Source of the DNA: Spirochaetaceae bacterium
Lineage (GTDB): Bacteria; Spirochaetota; Spirochaetia; DSM-2461
Direction: 5' to 3'
Length of the DNA: 64,000 nt
Assembly (NCBI GenBank): GCA_965224705.1
Contig: OZ245056.1
Location: 2,208,001 to 2,272,000, forward strand
Shown: piece by piece, positions 17,571 to 27,725 of the stretch
How positions within the stretch are numbered: position 1 is the first letter of the stretch
How the letters are laid out: each line of letters begins with the position of its first letter
Program-made: the position numbers and the translations under genes
The notes under the pieces: generated by a model
Database searches by the model: none
What the model was told of the DNA's origin: nothing
Seen by the model: only the letters and a program-made list of their open reading frames with translations

Positions 17571-20267
17571 ATGAACGAAGATGTATATATCCTTGATGGA
17601 TATGGACTCATTTACCGATCGTATTTTGCTCTTATCAACAGGCCTCTGACCGACAGGAATGGGAAGAATATTACGGCGATACATGCTTTCATTCGTCACA
17701 TTCTGTTTCTTCAAAATGAGTACAGTGCTGAGAAGATCATCGTAGCTCTGGATTCCGTCGGGCCAACTTTCCGCCATCAGCAATATCCCGAGTACAAGGC
17801 AAATCGGGATTCGGCTCCTGACGATCTGCATGCACAGGTGCCGCCCATTGAGGACATGCTTGGATTTCTGGGGATTCCGGTTGTTCGCATGGATGGATTT
17901 GAGGCGGATGACATCATGGGTTCTGTGGCTGAGTACTGCAATACACAGGGAATTGTATGCCGACTGATCAGTTCAGACAAGGATTTGATGCAGCTGGTGG
18001 GCGGTACCGTTTCAATGCTGAGACCGGGCAGGGGAATTGGACTCCAGCACATTGGTGTGGATGAAGTCCTGGCGGAAAAAGGTGTGAAACCCGAACAATT
18101 CATCGATTATCTGGCTCTGGTGGGTGATACATCGGACAACATCCCTGGAGTAGCAGGTATTGGCCCTAAAACCGCATCAGCACTGATTTCAGAATGGGGT
18201 TCCATGGATGAGTTGTACAATAATCTTGAAACAGCCGCCCAGGGTTCAAAGCTTGCGAAGCTTATTCAAGGGCGGGAGGATGCCTGTCTGAGCCGTCGTC
18301 TGGTTACGATTCGAAGAGATCTCGATATTGCTGATGTTGTTCACAGTGCGGGTTCCCTGCCAATGGACATTCATTCGGCCCTGTCGTTCTGCCGAGACAG
18401 GGATATGAAAATCCTCATGGATGAAATCGCCGCACTCCACCCCGAATACAGTGTCTCTGATAGAGACAATCATCAACTCCAATCCACCGCATATACGGCA
18501 ATTCTTAGCACAGATCAATTGGATTTCTGGAAGAAAAAAATTCTGGCGGCCGGAACAGTGGCCCTGGACACTGAAACAGATAATCGCGACCCAATGCAGG
18601 CTTCACTTGTTGGTTTGTCGTTTGCCGTTGATTCCAGGGAAGCGGCTTACCTGCCTCTCAGAAGATCCGATGGGGAATGCCTGGAAAGAAATCCTGTGAT
18701 TGAATGGCTGACGGAGGTCTTTTGTAACAATCCGGTTAGAATCATAGGCCAGAATTTCAAGTACGATATAAAAGTTCTCCGCCGAGCGGGAGTTCCAATA
18801 GGACCTGCATGGTTTGATACGATGATTGCCGCCTGGGTGCTGGACTCCTCTTTGCCGGTGGGAATGGATGCTCTGGCATCCCGGTACCTCAATACGGAAA
18901 CGATGAAGTTTTCTTCCGTTGTTCCCAAAGGGGGGACTTTCGTTGATGTTCCCCTGGATAAGGCTGTGGAGTATGCTGCCGAAGATGCGGCGATCACCTT
19001 GAAACTGTACAGGCATTTTATGCCGTTATTGGATGCGGATGAAGACAGATCCAGGGTGTTCTGGGATTATGAAATGCCGCTTCTCCCCATCCTTACGGAG
19101 ATGGAAATGAAAGGAATTGGACTGGATGTCTTTGAGCTGGAAGCTTATTCCGAAGAACTCAGGGAGGAAATTCATCGCCTGACAAAAAGAATTCATTCTC
19201 TTTGTGGAAAAGAATTTAACATTGCATCATCGAAGCAGCTCCAGAAGGTTCTCTTTGAGGAACGAGGCTTAACTCCGGGGAAGAAGACAAAAACCGGTTA
19301 TTCAACAGATAACTCAGTCCTCAATAACCTGGTCAAAGAAGATCCCCTGCCGGAGAAGATACTTTTATACCGTTCACTCACGAAACTGAAATCTACCTAT
19401 GTTGACACACTGCCGCAGTTGGTACATCCGCAGGACGGACGAATTCATACAAGCTATTCCCAGACAGGTTCCGCAACGGGTCGTCTGTCCAGTAACAATC
19501 CCAACCTCCAGAACATTCCCATCCGGGATGAAAATGGCCGTAGAATACGCAGGTCATTTAAAAGCATTCCCGGATGTCAGTTCGTATCAGCCGATTATTC
19601 TCAAATTGAATTAGTTATTCTTGCCCATATTTCCGGAGATACAGCTCTTACGGAGGCCTTTCGTACTGAAATAGATGTTCATGCCCAAACAGCGGCATTG
19701 CTGCATGGTATTGATACTTCTGAAGTAACCTCCGAGCAGCGGCGTCTGGGCAAGGTCATTAACTTTGGTGTTATGTATGGAATGAGTGCGTTCCGTCTTT
19801 CCAATGAGTTGAGAATAAGCCGAAAAGAGGCAAAGCACTTCATAGATGCTTATTTCTTAACCTATAGCGGAGTGAAGTCGTTCATCAATGAAGCTGTTAA
19901 GAATGCAGAAAGAGATTGTGGTATTAGAACCATGTATGGCCGGTTCCGCCCCCTGCCAGGGATCAACAGCCGTAATCGAATTGAAAAATCGGCGGCTGAA
20001 CGGGCAGCTGTCAATTCAATAATCCAGGGTACTGCTGCAGATATTATGAAACTGGCTATGATTTCTGTTGACCGGGTTCTCAAGGAACACCATCCCGGAG
20101 CACAGATGCTGCTGCAGGTTCACGATGAATTACTGATCGAAGCACAGGAAGCGGAGGTCCCACTGCTTTCCAGAAGGGTGAAGTCAGCTATGGAAGAGGT
20201 TGTAGAACTTTCGGTACCCCTCTGTGCTGAAGTTGAAGCAGGCACATCGTGGGGAGATATACATTAG
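17571..20267 (+). CDS. polA: DNA polymerase I
   Basis: 5'-3' exonuclease (EADD, GDTSDNIPGV), DTET exonuclease site, TGRLSSNNPNLQNIP, DYSQIEL and QVHDEL. Confidence 0.98.
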   Translation: MNEDVYILDGYGLIYRSYFALINRPLTDRNGKNITAIHAFIRHILFLQNEYSAEKIIVALDSVGPTFRHQQYPEYKANRDSAPDDLHAQVPPIEDMLGFLGIPVVRMDGFEADDIMGSVAEYCNTQGIVCRLISSDKDLMQLVGGTVSMLRPGRGIGLQHIGVDEVLAEKGVKPEQFIDYLALVGDTSDNIPGVAGIGPKTASALISEWGSMDELYNNLETAAQGSKLAKLIQGREDACLSRRLVTIRRDLDIADVVHSAGSLPMDIHSALSFCRDRDMKILMDEIAALHPEYSVSDRDNHQLQSTAYTAILSTDQLDFWKKKILAAGTVALDTETDNRDPMQASLVGLSFAVDSREAAYLPLRRSDGECLERNPVIEWLTEVFCNNPVRIIGQNFKYDIKVLRRAGVPIGPAWFDTMIAAWVLDSSLPVGMDALASRYLNTETMKFSSVVPKGGTFVDVPLDKAVEYAAEDAAITLKLYRHFMPLLDADEDRSRVFWDYEMPLLPILTEMEMKGIGLDVFELEAYSEELREEIHRLTKRIHSLCGKEFNIASSKQLQKVLFEERGLTPGKKTKTGYSTDNSVLNNLVKEDPLPEKILLYRSLTKLKSTYVDTLPQLVHPQDGRIHTSYSQTGSATGRLSSNNPNLQNIPIRDENGRRIRRSFKSIPGCQFVSADYSQIELVILAHISGDTALTEAFRTEIDVHAQTAALLHGIDTSEVTSEQRRLGKVINFGVMYGMSAFRLSNELRISRKEAKHFIDAYFLTYSGVKSFINEAVKNAERDCGIRTMYGRFRPLPGINSRNRIEKSAAERAAVNSIIQGTAADIMKLAMISVDRVLKEHHPGAQMLLQVHDELLIEAQEAEVPLLSRRVKSAMEEVVELSVPLCAEVEAGTSWGDIH

Positions 20268-20345
20268 AGTCTGTCTTGGAACTCTTTGAATGTGAGAACA
20301 GTTGTACTGAATGAGCACTGCTGAAACAATCCCCGGAGGAATAAA

Positions 20346-20927
20346 ATGCTGCTGGGCATATCGGGCAAGACAGGATCGGGCAAGAATCTGGCTGCTTCTT
20401 TTCTTGAGGGAAAAGGATGGCGATCCCTGGATCTTGATGTTGTGGCCCATGAGATCCTGAACATGAATGCCAGTCTTATTGAGGAGGAATTTGGACCTGA
20501 CATCGTTGATGATAAGGGTGAAGTCAATCGGCGAATTCTTGGTCTCAGAGTTTTTAATCAGCCCGAACTGCTTCAAAAACTTGAACTGATTACTTATCCA
20601 TTGATAGAAAAAAAAACTGATGAATGGATAGCTGAGAATCTGGTGGTTCCAGCTGCAATTCATGCTGTCAATCTGCATAGAATCAGTAATCTTCAGAGAT
20701 TTAACGCATTCATCTGGGTTTATTCACCCAGGGCAATACGCCGCAAAAGGGTTATTGCCCGGGAGGGTCGACCCTGGAAAGATCTGAAAGGACGTTTTAA
20801 GAGTCAAAATGGATTGAATTCTAAACTCTACTCTCCATACGCCGAAACCTATAGAGTGGGGAACTCTGGTAAACCTGAGCAATTGGAGTCCAGGTTGGAG
20901 GAGATCCTTCGTCAGATAGAGGGATGA
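20346..20927 (+). CDS. coaE: Dephospho-CoA kinase
   Basis: GISGKTGSGK P-loop, DLDVVAH, LELITYP; position after polA. Confidence 0.85.
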   Translation: MLLGISGKTGSGKNLAASFLEGKGWRSLDLDVVAHEILNMNASLIEEEFGPDIVDDKGEVNRRILGLRVFNQPELLQKLELITYPLIEKKTDEWIAENLVVPAAIHAVNLHRISNLQRFNAFIWVYSPRAIRRKRVIAREGRPWKDLKGRFKSQNGLNSKLYSPYAETYRVGNSGKPEQLESRLEEILRQIEG

Positions 20928-20928
20928 T

Positions 20929-21681
20929 ATGACCGAAGAAATAAAACAAAGCTCTCCCATGGTGATTCTGATTAGTGTTCTGGGAGTTCTCACCATCTCA
21001 TTACTTGCAGGTTTACTGTTGATGCGGATGAAAAGAGGGGAGGACTTGAGTTTCGACCCATCCCTCGTATTTGGACAGAATCCGCAAACAACCGATTATT
21101 TTGATCCTGTCAGCTGGGCACGGGAAGATGCTGCCTATCCTCCTCTTCAAGAGACAGAAGATGCGGGTGAATTGGCTGCTGATTCCAGTGGTGATGGCGC
21201 TCTTCCTGAAGTGAAGACAGATGAAAGTCCCGCAGTACCCACTCAAAATCCTGTCGTACAATCTGTTCCATCGCAGACAGAATCCTCCAATCAACAGACA
21301 GTCCCGCTGCACACACAGATTTCTGCCGAACAGGTGATACAGTCACTTACCCAATTACATGGTCAGAACAATTCAACCGTACTTGTGCAGGCTGAACAAT
21401 ACCGGGAAGTTACAGAAAAAGCATTCTGGGTTCAAATTTTTTCATCGACCGATCAATCACGAGCAGAAGATATACAGATGAAACTCGCAAAACAGGGCAT
21501 GCCTGCTGTTATACAGGTAAAGAGGATTGATGGAATCCTCAGGTACAGGGTTCGGCTGGGAGCATTCTCACTTCGAAGTGAAGCTGAACACTATGCTGCA
21601 ATCATACGCGAAATTGCTGGTTTTGGAACGAGTTATGTTGTAACAGCACCTGTTACTCGTCAGATACCCCGTGATTCCTGA
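20929..21681 (+). CDS. SPOR-domain membrane protein
   Basis: N-terminal TM helix, low-complexity linker, FWVQIFS...YRVRLGAF. Confidence 0.85.
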   Translation: MTEEIKQSSPMVILISVLGVLTISLLAGLLLMRMKRGEDLSFDPSLVFGQNPQTTDYFDPVSWAREDAAYPPLQETEDAGELAADSSGDGALPEVKTDESPAVPTQNPVVQSVPSQTESSNQQTVPLHTQISAEQVIQSLTQLHGQNNSTVLVQAEQYREVTEKAFWVQIFSSTDQSRAEDIQMKLAKQGMPAVIQVKRIDGILRYRVRLGAFSLRSEAEHYAAIIREIAGFGTSYVVTAPVTRQIPRDS

Positions 21682-21711
21682 TCCGGTCAGGCTCTGGTGT
21701 TATTGTATTTA

Positions 21712-22047
21712 CCCAGTGTCAGAAAGCCTGTAAAACCCCCTTCAACTCATCCCGGGAGTCCAAAATGAACTCGGACTCACTTCCGGCAAAGATGTTGATA
21801 TGGTTGGGATAGTACTGAGAGAAGGAAAAGGACTCCAGTCCATCCGCGGCCATGGATTCCCTCTGTGTGGTAGGAACTGTGTATCGAAAACCAGTTTTTT
21901 TGCTTTGAGGCACTGAAATGGATACATTTCGGGTTGGGGCAGTGAGGGAATGGCATGATCAAACTCCTTTATAAATTGTTTTCTTACTATGTTATAACAA
22001 GCCTGACAGAGGTTTTTTGCTGCATTAACAAGCTTTCTGACACTGGG
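21712..22047 (-). mobile_element. Internally deleted IS family B copy (336 bp)
   Basis: 16-bp TIRs CCCAGTGTCAGAAAGC / GCTTTCTGACACTGGG; keeps the transposase start MPFPHCPNPKC; inverted match to both ends of 45082-45905. Confidence 0.85.
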
Positions 22048-22207
22048 AGTCGGTCGGATTTTAAGGCTTCAAGGCGATTTTTGATGATTTTTCCTGATGC
22101 AAGGCGACGAAAACGGAGCGTAGCTGGGCTACGTGAGTATTTTGGCAACGCGGTAGCGGGAAAAAAGGGCAAAAATCGAGCCGTGAGACGTAAATCCGAC
22201 AGGCTCC
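22046..22207 (+). mobile_element. MITE family A copy
   Basis: Closely similar to 3910-4072; abuts the IS family B end. Confidence 0.9.
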
Positions 22208-22217
22208 TAAGTGTTTT

Positions 22218-23186
22218 TTATTCCGTACGGCCGAAAACCTTCACAAAGATACTGAATAAATCCTGGGCCTTTGTATTCTTTTCATTAACATGACCAATCT
22301 CCCGGATTTTTTTAGAGCGGTAACGGATAAGCTGTTCAGGTGATTTTGACATCAGTACCTTGAGATCTTTAAGAATCATTTTTTTTATTTCTCCGGCAGT
22401 GAACTCCGGGTTAAGATGGGCTCCTCCGGGGACTTCCGGGATAAGACCATGAATAATGCCGAACTCATTCACATCCTGGGCTGTTACTTTCATTATCTCC
22501 GCAGCTTCCTTGGCCTTATCGGCATCCCGGAGTAAAATAGATGCATATCCCTCAGGACTGATTACCGAGTAAATTGAGTTTTCAAGCATATAGATCTTAT
22601 CTCCAACACCAATACCCAGAGCACCACCTGAACCGCCTTCACCGATAATGAAGCAGATGATGGGGACTTTCAGTGTGCTGAATACCTTGAGATTCATCGC
22701 AATGGCTTCCCCTATGCCCCGTGCCTCGGCCTGGATTCCGGGGTAAGCCCCTGAAGTATCAATAAAAGTCACCACAGGTCGATGGAATTTCTCGGCCTGT
22801 TTTGCAATACGCAGGGCTTTGCGGTAGCCCTCAGGATATGCCCACCCGTAGTTTCGATCTATGTTTTCTTTCAGATTCTTTCCACGCTGGTGGCCGATAA
22901 AAGTAATGGCCCTGCCTTCGATGGTGCCGATACCTCCTATCATGGCTGGATCATCTCCATAATGACGATCTCCGTGGAGTTCAACAAACTCCTCACAGAT
23001 GAGATCTATGTAATCCAATGTATTGGGTCTGTCTATGCGGCGGGCGAGTTGAACTTTTTCCCATGTATCATTGAAGTCAGGGATGTAGCGTTTTTTCAGT
23101 TCATCCAAACCCGGTATTTTCATATGCTCTTTCTCAGCAAGAATCTTTATCTCTTCAATTTTGCTGTGGATTATCGATTCATCCAT
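22218..23186 (-). CDS. accA: Acetyl-CoA carboxylase carboxyltransferase alpha subunit
   Basis: ELHGDR..GDD, PEGYRKALR, GEGGSGGALG and SVISPEG. Confidence 0.96.
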   Translation of the reverse strand: MDESIIHSKIEEIKILAEKEHMKIPGLDELKKRYIPDFNDTWEKVQLARRIDRPNTLDYIDLICEEFVELHGDRHYGDDPAMIGGIGTIEGRAITFIGHQRGKNLKENIDRNYGWAYPEGYRKALRIAKQAEKFHRPVVTFIDTSGAYPGIQAEARGIGEAIAMNLKVFSTLKVPIICFIIGEGGSGGALGIGVGDKIYMLENSIYSVISPEGYASILLRDADKAKEAAEIMKVTAQDVNEFGIIHGLIPEVPGGAHLNPEFTAGEIKKMILKDLKVLMSKSPEQLIRYRSKKIREIGHVNEKNTKAQDLFSIFVKVFGRTE

Positions 23187-23188
23187 CT

Positions 23189-24034
23189 CTAAACCTCCTG
23201 TTCATGGGTGCGGAGCAGGAAACTCAAAGTTTTCCGTAACTCAGATCTGTGAACTATCATGTCCAGAAAACCCTTCGCCAATTGGAATTCAGCACGCTGA
23301 AATCCTTCCGGCAAATTCTCCTTGAGGGTTCCCTCTATAACTCTCTGACCGGCGAATCCGATGAGTGCTCCAGGCTCAGCAATATTAAGATCTCCCAGCA
23401 TGGCAAAACTTGCCGTCACACCACCGGTGGTGGGATGAGTGAGGACAATAAATAAGGGAACTCCAAGATCTTCCAGCAGGGCAGCTGCATTGGATGTTTT
23501 TGCCATCTGCATGAGGGAAAAGATTCCCTCCTGCATACGGGCTCCTCCGGATGCTGAAATCAGGATTACGGGCGTGGATTCATCGGCTCCCTTCAAAATA
23601 GCCCGGGTTATTTTTTCTCCCACAACAGAACCCATACTGCCGCCGAGGAACTGGAATGACATCACACCAAGTATGGCACGTTTTTTTTCGATCATCGCAG
23701 TTCCTGTCACTATGGCATCTTTGATGCCTGATTTCCCCTGAGCCTGGGTGATCTTTTCCTCATAGCCGCTGAGTGAAATTGGGTTTCTGCTTGACAATTC
23801 TTCTGAAAACTCAACAAATGTTCCTTTATCCACCAGGGTGGAAATGCGGTCATAGGGGTGCATGGGCATGTGAAAACCACATTCCGGGCATACTTGAAGG
23901 CTGGCGACAAGATCGTCTCTCTTGATTTCATTATTGCATTCTCGACATGTTGTATCCCCAACTGTTGAAAACAGCTCAGGCAGAGTTTCTTCATTCTTCC
24001 TGCGCAGTATACCTTTGATGGATTCCATTACCAT
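23189..24034 (-). CDS. accD: Acetyl-CoA carboxylase carboxyltransferase beta subunit
   Basis: CxxC zinc ribbon, GGSMGSVVGEK, SGGARMQEG and PTTGGVTASFA. Confidence 0.96.
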   Translation of the reverse strand: MVMESIKGILRRKNEETLPELFSTVGDTTCRECNNEIKRDDLVASLQVCPECGFHMPMHPYDRISTLVDKGTFVEFSEELSSRNPISLSGYEEKITQAQGKSGIKDAIVTGTAMIEKKRAILGVMSFQFLGGSMGSVVGEKITRAILKGADESTPVILISASGGARMQEGIFSLMQMAKTSNAAALLEDLGVPLFIVLTHPTTGGVTASFAMLGDLNIAEPGALIGFAGQRVIEGTLKENLPEGFQRAEFQLAKGFLDMIVHRSELRKTLSFLLRTHEQEV

Positions 24035-24039
24035 GTTTC

Positions 24040-25380
24040 TTACTCCATTATGATCTGACTGTAGAGGTCTGTTCCAAAGCGGCCGCTTCTAAATTGTGTC
24101 GACTCCAGAATCTTTAACTGCTCTTCCCTGTTCGTTGTAATTCCTTCGATGCGAATCTCCCGGAGTGCTCGAGACATTCGGGCCAGGCCGGACTTGCGAT
24201 CCGGTGCCCAGACAATAACTTTGGCAACCATGGAATCGTAATGCGGAGAAACCAGGCATCCCGGATACAGGAATGTATCAGTCCGGACAAATGGCCCTCC
24301 TGGAGGTTCAAATATGGTAACCCTGCCAGGGTTCAGGGTATTCAGTCTTGTTTCCAATGCATAGCCCTGAATTCGAAATGAGTCCTGGCCAATGTCCATT
24401 CTACCTTCACTGCAGGCAAGTATCTGCTCCCGAATTATGTCCACACCGGTTACGCACTCGGTTACGGGATGTTCTACCTGCACCCGGGCATTGACCTCCA
24501 TGAAATAATGCCTGTCATTTTCAACAAGAAATTCAACTGTAGCAGCACCGGCATATTCAAGTTTTCGGAAAAGCCGAATCGCATCCCTCTTCATTGTTTC
24601 ACGAAGTTTTGGACTGACGGCCGTTGACAGACTTTCTTCCAGAAGTTTTTGATGATTTTTTTGAACAGAACAATCTCTCTCTCCAAGGTAGATTACTTCC
24701 CCTTTGCCATCTGAAAGAATTTGAATCTCAACATGTCTTGGATTTTGAATATATCTTTCAATAAAAATTGTTCCATCAGCGAAGAATTTCATGGCCTCAG
24801 TTGAAGCAATACGAATACTCTCTTCCAGTTCCACGATATTCCGAATGATCCGCATACCCCGGCCGCCGCCTCCGGCAGCCGCTTTGACGATGATGGGAGT
24901 TCCAAGTGTTTTTGCTATGCGAACAGCTGCATCCACATTTTCCACCGGGCCATCACTTCCGGGTATCAAGGGAAGACCTGCCGACTGAGCCGTTGACTTT
25001 GCCTGGATTTTGTCTCCCAGAAGTCTGATCGTTGCACCTTCAGCTCCAATGAATACCAATCCAGACTTCCTCACAGCCGAGGCGAATTCAGCATTTTCTG
25101 ACAAAAACCCAACACCGGGATGAATGGCATCACAATGGGTAAAAAGTGCTGCTGTGATGAGGGCATTCTGGTTGAGATAGCTTTCTGTGGAGGAAGCTGG
25201 ACCTATGCAGACGGATTGATCAGCAATACGGACATGAAGGGCATCCGTATCGGCCTGTGAATACACCGCAACGGCTCTCAGCCCCATCTCCTTACAGGTT
25301 CGTATGATTCGTACTGCAATCTCACCGCGGTTTGCAACGAGTATGCTCCGAATAAAGGGCGTGGTTTTTTGTTTTTTCAT
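24040..25380 (-). CDS. accC: Biotin carboxylase
   Basis: LVANRGEIAVR, GGGGRGMR, ERDCSVQ and EVNARVQVEHPVTE. Confidence 0.96.
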   Translation of the reverse strand: MKKQKTTPFIRSILVANRGEIAVRIIRTCKEMGLRAVAVYSQADTDALHVRIADQSVCIGPASSTESYLNQNALITAALFTHCDAIHPGVGFLSENAEFASAVRKSGLVFIGAEGATIRLLGDKIQAKSTAQSAGLPLIPGSDGPVENVDAAVRIAKTLGTPIIVKAAAGGGGRGMRIIRNIVELEESIRIASTEAMKFFADGTIFIERYIQNPRHVEIQILSDGKGEVIYLGERDCSVQKNHQKLLEESLSTAVSPKLRETMKRDAIRLFRKLEYAGAATVEFLVENDRHYFMEVNARVQVEHPVTECVTGVDIIREQILACSEGRMDIGQDSFRIQGYALETRLNTLNPGRVTIFEPPGGPFVRTDTFLYPGCLVSPHYDSMVAKVIVWAPDRKSGLARMSRALREIRIEGITTNREEQLKILESTQFRSGRFGTDLYSQIIME

Positions 25381-25383
25381 GAC

Positions 25384-25821
25384 TCAGCTCTGAATTCGCT
25401 TAACCTCAAAGAGAGGGGCATCATATTCCACCATCTGACCATTCTCTGCAAGGATTTTGATGATTTCACATGGGAAATCAGCCTCAAGCCTATTCATTAT
25501 CTTCATAGCTTCAATGATGCACACAGCTTCACCTTTTGCAATTTGACTGCCCTCATCGACAAATGGCCGTGCATCAGCTGCCGGTGACCGATAGAAAGTA
25601 CCGATGAGAGGTGATTTGATTATCTCTACATCCTGGTCAGCTGTTGAATTGTTCGTGGAGACTGTTTCATGGGTTACTGCCGCTGCAGGGGCTGCCGTGT
25701 TCACATGAGAAACCTGGTTTTTTTTGAGAGTGATTTTAAAATCTTCCGATTCAATCTTGATTTCGGCCAGCTGGCTTTCCTCAAATTTCTGCATCAGTTC
25801 GTATATTTGTTCCTTGTCCAT
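25384..25821 (-). CDS. accB: Biotin carboxyl carrier protein
   Basis: SPLIGTFYRSP and EAMKIMN biotinylation motif; start taken at MDKEQ. Confidence 0.95.
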   Translation of the reverse strand: MDKEQIYELMQKFEESQLAEIKIESEDFKITLKKNQVSHVNTAAPAAAVTHETVSTNNSTADQDVEIIKSPLIGTFYRSPAADARPFVDEGSQIAKGEAVCIIEAMKIMNRLEADFPCEIIKILAENGQMVEYDAPLFEVKRIQS

Positions 25822-25849
25822 TCCGTGTTTCTCCCTTTTGAAAGTCACA

Positions 25850-25909
25850 ATGCTAATAATCAATCCTGTCTGTGTCAATATTGACAGTTTGTCAGGAAGA
25901 GTGAATAAT
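25850..25909. promoter_or_regulatory. Back-to-back sigma70-like promoters for the divergent acc and fab operons
   Basis: Palindrome TGTCAATATTGACA (25873-25886) gives TTGACA on both strands, with 17-bp spacing to AATAAT (+) and TAGCAT (-). Confidence 0.55.
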
Positions 25910-25935
25910 CCGTAAAACAGCAATTTGGAGGTTAG

Positions 25936-26916
25936 ATGACAGCTGGAATTCGATCTGTTGGTGTGTACATTCCTGCTCGGCGTGTCAGTAATGTGGAATT
26001 ATCAGAATCTCTTGATACTTCTGATGAATGGATTCGTTCTCATACGGGCATTGGAAATCGTCATATTGCTTCTGAGAGCGAGTCTGTGTCCCGTATGGCA
26101 ACAGAAGCCGCCAGAGATGCAATTACAAGAGCAGGTTTGAGAAATGAGGACATTGACTTCATCATTGTGGCCACTATTACCTCGGACTATAGAGATTTTC
26201 CTGCTACGGCTAATCTGGTTCAGAACAATCTATCGGCAGCCAATATCGGTTCTTGTGATATCAAGGCGGCATGTACAGGATTTGTCTATGGCCTTGAGTT
26301 GGGCCGCGGCTTGATTCTTGGTGGGACGGCAAAAAATATCCTGATCATTGGTGCAGAGAAGCTTTCCTCGATTATTGACTGGAATGACCGAAGCATAGCT
26401 GTCCTGTTTGGGGATGGTGCTGGAGCCGTTGTTCTGGGAAGGGAAGATTCTGGGAGAGGAGTGCAGGACAGCATTCTAAGAACGGATGGCGGTGGCGCTG
26501 AACATCTGTGCATGCCCGTTGGAGGGACAGCAACCCCATTTGATCCTGCGAAAACATATCTCGAACAGAACAGTCTGAAAATGGATGGTCAGAAGGTGTA
26601 TAATTTTGCAGTTCGGGTGAATACCGAGATTGTCAATGAGTTGATGGAACGAAATAATCTTCAATCCAGTGATGTTGATTATATTGTACCCCATCAGGCA
26701 AACTACCGTATCATTTCGGCTGCAGCCAGGCGGGCAAAAATCCCTATGGAGAAGTACTATGTGAATATTGAAGAATTTGCCAATACTTCTTCCGCATCCA
26801 TACCTCTGGCCCTGAGTGAAATGGATAGAAAGGGACTTCTAAAGCGTGGAATGAAGATTCTGACAGTTGGTTTTGGCGGCGGTCTTACATACGGTGGGAA
26901 TTATATTATCTGGTAG
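25936..26916 (+). CDS. fabH: Beta-ketoacyl-ACP synthase III
   Basis: DTSDEWI..TGI, AACTGF, FGDGAGA, HQAN and NTSSASIP. Confidence 0.96.
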   Translation: MTAGIRSVGVYIPARRVSNVELSESLDTSDEWIRSHTGIGNRHIASESESVSRMATEAARDAITRAGLRNEDIDFIIVATITSDYRDFPATANLVQNNLSAANIGSCDIKAACTGFVYGLELGRGLILGGTAKNILIIGAEKLSSIIDWNDRSIAVLFGDGAGAVVLGREDSGRGVQDSILRTDGGGAEHLCMPVGGTATPFDPAKTYLEQNSLKMDGQKVYNFAVRVNTEIVNELMERNNLQSSDVDYIVPHQANYRIISAAARRAKIPMEKYYVNIEEFANTSSASIPLALSEMDRKGLLKRGMKILTVGFGGGLTYGGNYIIW

Positions 26917-26976
26917 CATGCGGGCGGTTATCGTCTTAACTGTACTGTGATATAGTAATGGAGAGGAGTTGTAATA

Positions 26977-27717
26977 GTGTTACTTAACAAAAAAGTTGTC
27001 CTTGTAACCGGCGGAGCCCGGGGAATTGGCAAAGAGATTATTCTAAAGATTCTTTCAGAGGGAGGAACTGTTCACTACTGTGACCTGGAAGAAGGGCCTT
27101 TTAAAGGGAAAATGGATGAAGCCGCAGGAAATGGTGCCAGTGTAACATTTCATCCAACCAACATAACCGATGAGAATCAGGTGAAAAAACTTATTAAAGA
27201 TATTACTTCGGCTGGCTCTCTTGATGTTGTTGTGAATAATGCTGGTATTACGAAAGATGGCATGGTGTTCAGGATGCCCCTTGATCAGTGGGAATCGGTT
27301 CTCAAGGTCAATCTTACCGGGTCCTTTCTGGTTTCCAGAGAAGCGTCAGCTTTTATGGCACTCAAACAGAAATCGGGAAGTATTATCAACATGGCTTCTG
27401 TTGTGGGACAGATGGGAAATGCCGGTCAAACGAACTACTCGGCTTCCAAGGCCGGCCTTATAGGTTTTACAAAGAGTCTGGCCAAAGAAACAGCAAAACG
27501 AAATGTACGGGTTAATGCAGTTGCTCCAGGATTCATAGAAACGGCTATGACAGCAAAGCTTCCTGATGAAGTAAGGGCCGAATACGTCAGGGCCATCCCT
27601 CTGGGCAGAATGGGCTTGCCTGAAGATATCGCTAAAACAGTGCTGTATCTTGCTTCTGATCTGTCGTCCTATATCACTGGGCAGGTGATAAGAGTGGACG
27701 GCGGATTGGTTATGTAG
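26977..27717 (+). CDS. fabG: 3-oxoacyl-ACP reductase
   Basis: TGGARGIG, NNAGIT, GNAGQTNYSASK. Confidence 0.95.
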   Translation: MLLNKKVVLVTGGARGIGKEIILKILSEGGTVHYCDLEEGPFKGKMDEAAGNGASVTFHPTNITDENQVKKLIKDITSAGSLDVVVNNAGITKDGMVFRMPLDQWESVLKVNLTGSFLVSREASAFMALKQKSGSIINMASVVGQMGNAGQTNYSASKAGLIGFTKSLAKETAKRNVRVNAVAPGFIETAMTAKLPDEVRAEYVRAIPLGRMGLPEDIAKTVLYLASDLSSYITGQVIRVDGGLVM

Positions 27718-27725
27718 GGGGACGC

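Noticed and set aside
21955..22293. 112-aa ORF and similar ORFs at 3887-4123, 7789-8091 and 45408-45671
   Set aside because: They derive from IS or MITE sequence with no recognisable protein motif
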